Shown here in pieces: positions 25,298 through 32,000 of a DNA stretch of 32,000 bases (position 1 is its first letter; each line of letters opens with the position of its first letter). The DNA comes from Bellilinea caldifistulae (lineage in GTDB: Bacteria > Chloroflexota > Anaerolineae > Anaerolineales > Anaerolineaceae): assembly GCF_001306055.1 (NCBI RefSeq), contig NZ_LGHJ01000012.1, positions 1 to 32,000 on the forward strand. The letters run 5' to 3'. The notes beneath the pieces are model-generated. The model ran no database searches. It had not been told where the DNA came from and saw nothing but the letters and a program-made list of their open reading frames with translations. A program made the position numbers and the translations under genes.

Positions 25298-25915
25298 ATG
25301 CCAGATAAAAAATTTTACGTGGTCTGGAAAGGACTGAAAACCGGCATTTTTAGCAATTGGGCGCAATGTGCCGAAGCGGTAACCGGATTTTCGGGGGCGG
25401 AGTTTCTCTCGGTCACAACCCTCACCGAAGCCCACGCCGCTTTGCGTTTTCCGAGCCGCAAAGCTTATCAGACCTACCGTCAGGCGCAAATCTCCGCCGG
25501 GGTGGCGCCTCCCCTGGCAGAAAGCTACTGTGTGGATGCCGCCTGCAGCGGGAATCCGGGTCTGCTGGAATACCGCTGTGTCCATACCTCCACCGGAAAA
25601 GAGCTTTTCCACCAGGGCCCTTTTGAAAATGGGACAAACAACATCGGCGAATTTCTGGCTATTGTGCACGCTCTGGCGCTGCTGAAAAAGAAAGGCATTA
25701 CCAGCCCCATTTACACCGATTCGGAAATTGCTTTGCTGTGGGTGAAAGAGAAAAAGTGCAAGACCAGGCTAAAACCGGATCAGACCAATACCCGCCTGTT
25801 CGAGCTGATCCGGCGTGCCGAAACCTGGCTGCAGGAAAACACCTTTGAAAACCCCCTCCTCAAATGGGATACCGAACACTGGGGACAGATCCCAGCCGAT
25901 TTTGGGCGGAAATAG
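25298..25915 (+). CDS. rnhA: Ribonuclease H (type 1) with an N-terminal hybrid-binding (viroplasmin-like) domain
   Basis: Trimmed to MPDKKFYVVWKGLKTGIFSNWAQCAEAV (HBD signature). Candidate RNase H catalytic residues lie in VDAACSGNPG, NNIGEFLAIVHAL and IYTDSEIAL. Confidence 0.8.
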   Translation: MPDKKFYVVWKGLKTGIFSNWAQCAEAVTGFSGAEFLSVTTLTEAHAALRFPSRKAYQTYRQAQISAGVAPPLAESYCVDAACSGNPGLLEYRCVHTSTGKELFHQGPFENGTNNIGEFLAIVHALALLKKKGITSPIYTDSEIALLWVKEKKCKTRLKPDQTNTRLFELIRRAETWLQENTFENPLLKWDTEHWGQIPADFGRK

Positions 25916-25966
25916 CCCATCGAATGTTATGATTCAAATAGACCTTCTCAAATCCCTTCCAATAAA

Positions 25967-28528
25967 ATGAAAGCCCGTCCTTCTTCCGGCTCAAATCCTC
26001 TGGAATCCCTGTCCCCTGCTCTGCTGGAATTGGTGTTTTCCCAAATTCCCATCGGTGTGGCCATTTTCGACACCGGCTTTCGGCTGGTGCGCTGTAACCC
26101 CGCCTTTGCTCAAATGGCGGAACGTTATACCTCACTCACCCCCGAAGAATTCAAACCCGGACTTTGTCTGCGCGAATACACACCCGGCGGGCGAGGTTTC
26201 TTTGATCTTTCCCTTTCACAGGTTTTGCAGGGTGAAACCTTACGAATTGAGGCTTTTCCGGTCGAAAATGGCGGCATGGTGAGTTGCTGGGATGCGATTT
26301 TGGCCCCCATCTTTCAAGAAGAGCAAGTCATCGGCATTCTGGACATCCTCACCGATGCAACCGAGCGCGCCCGGGCGCTGGAAAAAGAACTCGAAACCCA
26401 GACCGCCCTGAAATTGTTGGTGGAAAATGCCCGTCATTTTGCGCTTTACCGCATTGAACTCGATCCACGCCATCCGCTGGGGGGTAAGGTAATTTTTGTC
26501 AGCCCCTCTCTCAAAGACATTGTAGGCATTGACGATCCATACAATTTCGAGCATTGGTTTGCCGGTATCCACCCTGAGGATTTAGCCCGCGTAAAAGAAG
26601 CCAATCAGCGCTCGATCCGCTTTGGTGAACCTTACGATCAAATTGCCCGGGTCTTTCATCAAAAGAAGAAAGAGTGGGTCTGGCTACATACCCTTTCAAA
26701 TCCCCAGCGGGATAAAGAAGGACGGGTCACTCACTTTGACGGAATGATCATTGATCTGACCAATCAGGTCACCCTCCATGAGGCCGAACGCCGGCAGGCG
26801 GTTGCCGAGGGTTTGCGTGAGATTTTACGCCTGATCAATTCGCATCATCCGCTGGCTGAGGTTTTGCAAGTCATCGCCCGGCAGGCCAAAGAATGGCTGC
26901 ACGCCGATTCCACCATGATTCGTCAGACTTTCGTCGAGGAAAACCGCGTTCGAACGGTGGCACAGTGTGATCTACCGGCAGATTTTGACATCATTGCTGA
27001 AACGCCCTTTTATCAGGGTTTAACCGACCAGGCCTTGATGGATGGGGATGTGGTCATCATTGAAGATATCCCGTCGGTCTACTCCCCCCGGCTGGCACGT
27101 CCGGAATCCAGCGATGACCCGCTTCTCGCCGCCGGCCTTGCCGCCACGCTCAAGTACTATCACAGTCTTTTGAAGACGCCCCTCTTCATTCGTGGGCAAA
27201 TTTTTGGCGCAATTACTTTTCATTTTTCCCAACCCCGCAAGTTCACCGATGAGGACATTCAACTGGCGCGCATGCTTTCCGATCAAACTGCCCTGGCCAT
27301 TGAAAATGCCCGCTTGTTCGAAGTTGCCGAGCGCCGCCGTCAGATTGCCGAAAGCCTGCGCGTCATTCTTTCCATCCTCAACACCGAACGCCCTCTGGAT
27401 GAGGTGTTACACGCCATCGTCTCTCAGGCTCAACAATTACTGGGTGCAAAAGCGGTTGCCGTCCACCGCCTGGATACCGAGAAGAAACTCCTCATCCCCG
27501 AAGCTTCCGTTGGGCTCTCACAGGAATATGTCTCTTCCATTCACCTGCCGTTGGGGCAGGGTGCATTGGGAATTGCCGTGCTGAAGCGTATGCCTGTACA
27601 GGTAAACGACACCACCGCTGTTTTTTCCGGTAAAAGTGTGCAATCCGCCGAGGGAGAAAATATTCGACTGGATGAGGGGCTGGTTTACAAACTTCAACAA
27701 TTTGCCGATCGCTACGGCGCCGTGTTAGCCGTGCCGATGGTGATCAAATCCCAAATTTACGGCGGGCTGGCACTTTATTACGCCAAACCGCGCAATTTCT
27801 TGCCCGAAGAGGTGGAACTGGCCGTCACCTACGCCGATCAAGCCTCGTTGGCCATTGAAAACGCCCGGCTCATTCAGCAGGTCAAGGAAACGGCCGTGCT
27901 GGAAGAACGCAGCCGTCTCGCCCGTGACCTGCATGATGCAGTCACCCAAACCCTTTTTTCCACCACCCTGACCGCCGAGGTGCTCCCGCGCATCTGGGAG
28001 AAAGATCCACAGGAAGGGCAGAAAAAACTGGAAGAATTGCGAGAGCTGACCCGCGGTGCGTTGGCCGAAATGCGCACCCTGCTGGTTGAGCTGCGCCCCG
28101 CTGCAATGCAGGATGCCGAATTAAACGACCTGATCCGTCATCTGGGAAATGCCTTCATCGCCCGTGCCCGCATTCCCCTTTCGCTGAGCATTGAAGGCAA
28201 TCAACCCCTGCCTCTGGAGGTCAAAATTGCCTTTTACCGGGTTGCTCAGGAGGCTTTGCACAACATTGCCAAACATGCCGAAGCTACTCAGGCGTGGGTT
28301 AATTTGAATTACACACCCGCCGGCGTGCATTTGACCATCCGCGATGACGGCATCGGTTTTGATCTGAACAAACTAAAACCAGACCATTTTGGCCTGGGCA
28401 TCATGCGCGAAAGAGCCCTTCAGGCAGGTGCTCAATTTTCAGTGGAAAGCCAGCCGGGCAAAGGCACAACCATCACCCTTTTCTGGCAAAAAGCACAAAA
28501 TAACGAACGAGGGGAGAATCGTTTATGA
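25967..28528 (+). CDS. Sensor histidine kinase: PAS-PAS-GAF-GAF-HisKA_3-HATPase
   Basis: 853 aa. H-box RSRLARDLHDAVTQTLF (HisKA_3 type), N-box EALHNIAKHA, G1 IRDDGIGF, G2 GLGIMRERA. Two GAF-like regions each end in ...ALAIENARLF/ASLAIENARLI. Confidence 0.85.
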   Translation: MKARPSSGSNPLESLSPALLELVFSQIPIGVAIFDTGFRLVRCNPAFAQMAERYTSLTPEEFKPGLCLREYTPGGRGFFDLSLSQVLQGETLRIEAFPVENGGMVSCWDAILAPIFQEEQVIGILDILTDATERARALEKELETQTALKLLVENARHFALYRIELDPRHPLGGKVIFVSPSLKDIVGIDDPYNFEHWFAGIHPEDLARVKEANQRSIRFGEPYDQIARVFHQKKKEWVWLHTLSNPQRDKEGRVTHFDGMIIDLTNQVTLHEAERRQAVAEGLREILRLINSHHPLAEVLQVIARQAKEWLHADSTMIRQTFVEENRVRTVAQCDLPADFDIIAETPFYQGLTDQALMDGDVVIIEDIPSVYSPRLARPESSDDPLLAAGLAATLKYYHSLLKTPLFIRGQIFGAITFHFSQPRKFTDEDIQLARMLSDQTALAIENARLFEVAERRRQIAESLRVILSILNTERPLDEVLHAIVSQAQQLLGAKAVAVHRLDTEKKLLIPEASVGLSQEYVSSIHLPLGQGALGIAVLKRMPVQVNDTTAVFSGKSVQSAEGENIRLDEGLVYKLQQFADRYGAVLAVPMVIKSQIYGGLALYYAKPRNFLPEEVELAVTYADQASLAIENARLIQQVKETAVLEERSRLARDLHDAVTQTLFSTTLTAEVLPRIWEKDPQEGQKKLEELRELTRGALAEMRTLLVELRPAAMQDAELNDLIRHLGNAFIARARIPLSLSIEGNQPLPLEVKIAFYRVAQEALHNIAKHAEATQAWVNLNYTPAGVHLTIRDDGIGFDLNKLKPDHFGLGIMRERALQAGAQFSVESQPGKGTTITLFWQKAQNNERGENRL

Positions 28529-29163
28529 GCGAGCAGAAAAAAATCCGCATCCTGATTTGTGATGACCACAGCGTAGTGCGGGACGGCTTGAAATCGTTTT
28601 TGAGCATTTACGAGGATTTTGAACTGGTCGGTGAGGCTCGCAACGGAGAACAGGCGGTTGCGCTGGTCAATCAGCTCCAACCGGATGTTGTCCTGATGGA
28701 TTTGATGATGCCGGTGATGGATGGCGCAGTCGCCACCCGCCGCATCAAGGAGAAGTTTCCCAAGACGCAAATCATTGCCCTGACCAGTTTCAAAGAGCAG
28801 GAACTCGTCAAAGGCGTGCTGGAAGCCGGCGCCATTGGCTATTTGCTCAAAGACCTTTCCGCCGATGAGCTGGCACGCGCCATTCGACTGGCTTACGAAG
28901 GCAAACCCACCCTTGCGCCGGAGGCAGCCGAAGTGCTGATCGAGGCTTCCCGTCCGCACCAGCGTAAAGTGGGAGACGACCTGACCGAGCGAGAACGCGA
29001 AGTGCTTGCTCTGATGGTTGAGGGATTGAACAATCAGCAAATTGCGGAGCGCCTGGTTGTCAGCCTTTCGACCGCCAAATCACATGTCAGCAGCATCCTT
29101 TCCAAACTGGGGGTAACAACCCGCACGGAAGCCGTCTCGCTGGCACTCAAGCATAAAATCTAA
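28525..29163 (+). CDS. NarL/FixJ-family response regulator (REC + LuxR HTH)
   Basis: ATGA overlaps the kinase stop. REC motifs are ILICDDH and VVLMDLMMP. The HTH is LTEREREVLALMVEGLNNQQIAERLVVSLSTAKSHVSSILSKLGV. Confidence 0.9.
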   Translation: MSEQKKIRILICDDHSVVRDGLKSFLSIYEDFELVGEARNGEQAVALVNQLQPDVVLMDLMMPVMDGAVATRRIKEKFPKTQIIALTSFKEQELVKGVLEAGAIGYLLKDLSADELARAIRLAYEGKPTLAPEAAEVLIEASRPHQRKVGDDLTEREREVLALMVEGLNNQQIAERLVVSLSTAKSHVSSILSKLGVTTRTEAVSLALKHKI

Positions 29164-29187
29164 CCGCGAAGACCTTCGACCTATGCC

Positions 29188-29226
29188 CCTGCCCAGCCCG
29201 GTTTTCCGTGCTGGGCAGGCTTTTTT
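29188..29226 (+). terminator. Rho-independent terminator after the two-component operon
   Basis: cctgcccagc (29188-29197) pairs with gctgggcagg (29210-29219), followed by c + TTTTTT. Confidence 0.7.
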
Positions 29227-29360
29227 AATCCATCCTATCCTTTTGGCTAAGGAAAGTTCCATCCTCCGGGCAGGTTGAATTCCCACTCCTCGCAGGTGAT
29301 TAATCACCGATGATCCGCTACACTGAACCTGAGCAAAATATACCTTTTAAGGAAAATATC

Positions 29361-29786
29361 ATGGATCACATCGTGTATGTAGATACCCAATCGCGAGAGA
29401 TGGAACAATTATTGAAGGGTGAAAAAATCATGATTGTGCGCACCGCCAGCGGCCGAAAAATTCCCTTTAACCGCGTGGAAAACGGAGATCGTTTGTTCTT
29501 CACTCAAAACAACGGTGAGGGGTTGATTCTCGCCTCAGCGCTGGTAAAACAAGTCACTCAGTTTGGCCCGGTCAATCGGGAACTTTCCTTTGAAATCCTT
29601 AAGAACCATCAGTCCCAGCTAAACCTTTCCGAAAGGCAGTTCAACCGTTGGGGTGGCAAAAGATATTTGGTGCTGGTAGAAATGGATTCTTTGCAGAAAA
29701 TTCACCCATTTAAATTCAATCGGAGCGCCTTCCACAACATGGACGATTGGCTGCCGGTTGGAAACATTGAAACGGTGAAAGAGTAG
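29361..29786 (+). CDS. Hypothetical protein (possibly an ASCH/PUA-like small beta-barrel)
   Basis: Trimmed to MDHIVYVD at 29361, with AAGGAAAA SD upstream. The segment KGEKIMIVRTASGRKIPFNRVENGDRLFF is reminiscent of ASCH-type domains. This is weak recognition. Confidence 0.45.
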   Translation: MDHIVYVDTQSREMEQLLKGEKIMIVRTASGRKIPFNRVENGDRLFFTQNNGEGLILASALVKQVTQFGPVNRELSFEILKNHQSQLNLSERQFNRWGGKRYLVLVEMDSLQKIHPFKFNRSAFHNMDDWLPVGNIETVKE

Positions 29787-29788
29787 CC

Positions 29789-30169
29789 ATGAAAATCATT
29801 CTGGCAGATGATAACCCCGAAGTCCGCACGGCGCTCCGGCTGATCCTCGAACATCAGCCCGATCATCAAGTCCTCGATGAAGCGGATAACGTGGTTCGGC
29901 TCTTGAACCTCACCACTCAGTACTGCCCCGAAATTCTGCTGCTGGATACAGACTTGAACGGCCTGAAACCATGCCGGGATGACCGCGGATTAATCGAATT
30001 ACTGGAAACCCTGAAATTGATTTGTCCCAATCTGGTGATTGCCGCCCTGTGCAGCGGTCAGATTACCGGTAAGGAAATCTGGATTGGGCAGGTCAATGCC
30101 GTCTTCTGTAAGAGCGATCCGCCGGATTCACTCCTGAACTGGCTCAAGAACCCGTTTGGCCCCCGTTGA
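29789..30169 (+). CDS. Stand-alone receiver (REC) domain protein
   Basis: 126 aa. MKIILADDNPEVRTALRLILE and ILLLDTDLNG resemble a CheY-like receiver. There is no output domain. Confidence 0.6.
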   Translation: MKIILADDNPEVRTALRLILEHQPDHQVLDEADNVVRLLNLTTQYCPEILLLDTDLNGLKPCRDDRGLIELLETLKLICPNLVIAALCSGQITGKEIWIGQVNAVFCKSDPPDSLLNWLKNPFGPR

Positions 30170-30179
30170 GGCACGAGTC

Positions 30180-30698
30180 CTATTCCAAAAACCGGCTTAC
30201 CTGAGCCGATAAAAACCGGGCAATTTCCGTTTCTTCAAACGGCCAGGCATAAATCAAACGGATTGCGGGAAATTCGGATTGAAGTTTTTGGATTTGGGCA
30301 GGAATCTCATGCTCAGCATGTTCACCGCCGCGGGTCATCATGGGAGTAACCACGGCAATTCGTTGAAAACCCTCTTCCACTGCTCCTTTCACCGCCTCTT
30401 CCAGCGTCGGCGCACAAAACTCGTTGAAACACACCCGCGTTTCCAGCCCGCTTACGGCTTCGAGCTGTTGGGCAAGTGAAAGGCTGGCTGCATGAAAGGG
30501 GTCATTTTCGGCTGTCCGCGGCCAGTTGCGCATTTTTCGATCCAGCTCCGCATAGCGGATTTGGCTGGCTTCGTCCATGCTGTGCGGGGCAGTTTCAAGC
30601 CGCGCGTGGTATCCAAAAAGTTCCGCCAGTTCCCGTTTGGGAAAATCATTAGGTGGTGAGCCGTGCATGGCAAGGATTAATATCGTTTTCATCTTCAC
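30180..30698 (-). CDS. cbiX: CbiX/SirB-type sirohydrochlorin chelatase-like protein
   Basis: 172 aa. The N-terminus ILILAMHGSPPNDFP (catalytic His context) and AVVTPMMTRGGEHAEHEIP are typical of small CbiX proteins. Confidence 0.6.
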   Translation of the reverse strand: MKMKTILILAMHGSPPNDFPKRELAELFGYHARLETAPHSMDEASQIRYAELDRKMRNWPRTAENDPFHAASLSLAQQLEAVSGLETRVCFNEFCAPTLEEAVKGAVEEGFQRIAVVTPMMTRGGEHAEHEIPAQIQKLQSEFPAIRLIYAWPFEETEIARFLSAQVSRFLE

Positions 30699-30714
30699 CC
30701 TTTACAATAAACCT

Positions 30715-30960
30715 GTGATATTACTGAAAATCCTCTTGATCGGTTGGATCATTCTGATTGGGGCAATCATCCTGAACGGATTGGCTGGGGTGCTGGGACT
30801 GACCACCTGGTACACCTTTCTGGGGAAAATCGCTCAGCAAGGCTGGCCTTCCACCTTGCGCCAGACCCCAATTATAAGTCATCTGTTCCTGTTTTTGATT
30901 TATCCACTCCTGTTGGGCGGTTTGGCGTGGCTGGGGTTGAAGTTGTTCCGTTTGTGGTAA
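30715..30960 (+). CDS. Small membrane protein (about 81 aa), start uncertain
   Basis: The track ORF 30577..30960 would overlap the divergent cbiX start. The in-frame GTG at 30715 gives two or three TM helices (ILLIGWIILIGAIILNGLAG...; LFLFLIYPLLLGGLAWLGL). Confidence 0.35.
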   Translation: MILLKILLIGWIILIGAIILNGLAGVLGLTTWYTFLGKIAQQGWPSTLRQTPIISHLFLFLIYPLLLGGLAWLGLKLFRLW

Positions 30961-31000
30961 ACCGGACAAAGCAGGTGCAACCCTGAGGTACAATTCGGAC

Positions 31001-31483
31001 ATGGATGATTTTCTGCCTGAACCCTCTCGAATATCGGAAAACGGCCTGACCGCCGAACAACGCCGGACATTGGAAGGTCTGCTTTTTATCCTGAATCATG
31101 AATCCAACACCCACCTGCGCTTGAAAGCCGTACGCGCCCTCAGTCGTTTCGAAGAGATGAGTGCGCTGCGCACCCTCGCCGAACTTGCGCTTTATGAGGA
31201 AGATCAACCCGTTCGACAGGCAGCTCATCAAGAACTGGTCAACCTGTTTGGCGAGGAAAGCGATGCCTTTTTAGAAAGCATCCGCAGCGAATTTGAAGGT
31301 CAGGAAGAAGCCGAAGATGACCCCTTCCCCTTTTCATCGCCGCGGATGGATCCAATCATCTCCCAACCCGTGTCGGAGTATTCGTTTTCACCGGTCGTAC
31401 AGGAAGAACGGACACCCGTTTGGGTATGGCTGCTGATTGTATTATTCGTTTTTGGAGGCATTTTATTATTTGTTTTGAGATGA
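31001..31483 (+). CDS. HEAT-repeat-like protein with a C-terminal TM anchor
   Basis: 160 aa with HEAT-like helices (HESNTHLRLKAVRALSRFEEMSALRTLAELALYEEDQPVRQAAHQELV). The C-terminal segment is VWVWLLIVLFVFGGILLFVL. Confidence 0.5.
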   Translation: MDDFLPEPSRISENGLTAEQRRTLEGLLFILNHESNTHLRLKAVRALSRFEEMSALRTLAELALYEEDQPVRQAAHQELVNLFGEESDAFLESIRSEFEGQEEAEDDPFPFSSPRMDPIISQPVSEYSFSPVVQEERTPVWVWLLIVLFVFGGILLFVLR

Positions 31484-31494
31484 TAGGAAACCAG

Positions 31495-32000
31495 ATGAAC
31501 AGAGGAACACTCTCAAGAAGGGATTTTTTAAAATGGAGTGCAGCGGCTCTGGCGGGGATGGCTTTTCAGCCCAGGCTGGTCTGGCAGCAACTGACCGGGG
31601 AATGGCCGGATGCCGAACGCTTGGGCCGGGTGACTTCCGGCAGAGTCTCCATCTGGTCAAAACCGTCCGCCGAGAGCCAGCAGCTGAAAACCATCTACGA
31701 CGATCACATTGTTGTGTGGCTGCGCGAGGTCATCGGCGAACCACCCGGCCTGACCCTCAGTCGGCGCTGGGTTGAAACACCGGAGGGTTACATCTACGCA
31801 CCGCGCCTTCAGCCGGTGCGCTACCTGCCCAATGAACCTGTCAGCGACCTGCCAACCGGACCTCTGGGTAGGGGCATGTGGGCAGAAGTCACTGTTCCCT
31901 ATCTGGATGTCACTCTCCACAATCCGCCGGCTCGCGCCCCATGGTTGAAAGAGGCTCAATTCCCGCGTCTGTATTACAGCCAGATTTTCTGGATTGACGA
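31495..32000 (+). CDS. Tat-signal secreted protein, 3'-truncated by the window edge
   Basis: My own reading, not in the track. ATG at 31495 follows AGGAAA. The N-terminus MNRGTLSRRDFLKWSAAALAGMAF is a textbook twin-arginine signal. The frame stays open to position 32000. Confidence 0.6.
   Translation, partial: MNRGTLSRRDFLKWSAAALAGMAFQPRLVWQQLTGEWPDAERLGRVTSGRVSIWSKPSAESQQLKTIYDDHIVVWLREVIGEPPGLTLSRRWVETPEGYIYAPRLQPVRYLPNEPVSDLPTGPLGRGMWAEVTVPYLDVTLHNPPARAPWLKEAQFPRLYYSQIFWID

Noticed and set aside
28432-29040. 202-aa minus-strand ORF
   Set aside because: It is antisense to the well-supported NarL-type response regulator and the kinase 3' end, and has no motifs.

Overview
Bacterial chromosomal window, about 55% GC by eye. 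The lineage cannot be determined from the sequence alone. Positions 5-32 kb are ordinary housekeeping and accessory genes. They include a prpB-prpC-prpD methylcitrate operon, serC, two GNATs, a PPOX-like protein, a corrinoid protein, a MacB-type ABC pair, and an ExeM/NucH secreted nuclease. They also include a PlsC-like acyltransferase, a B12-radical SAM enzyme, a copper module, an HBD-RNase H, a PAS-GAF-GAF histidine kinase with a NarL-type regulator, and cbiX. There are four tRNA genes: Cys-GCA, Leu-TAA, Ser-TGA and Ser-GCT. The unusual part is the left 5 kb, where everything is co-directional on the minus strand. In order it reads: tRNA-Cys; a seamless array of 15 tandem 55-bp units built from the tRNA-Cys T-arm/acceptor 3' half plus a GC hairpin; a CARF (NE0113-type)-LuxR HTH fusion gene; a strong intrinsic terminator; a full-length Cas10 with intact HD and GGDD motifs; and a translationally coupled 86-aa AlbA_2/Schlafen-like ORF. 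In the visible 32 kb there is no canonical CRISPR array, Cas6, Csm2-5/Cmr backbone or Cas1/Cas2. However, the window ends about 100 bp beyond the last gene of this module, so missing partners may lie off-window. A smaller version of the same tRNA 3'-end-plus-hairpin duplication follows tRNA-Ser(GCT). All domain calls are from motif recognition by eye; no searches were run.
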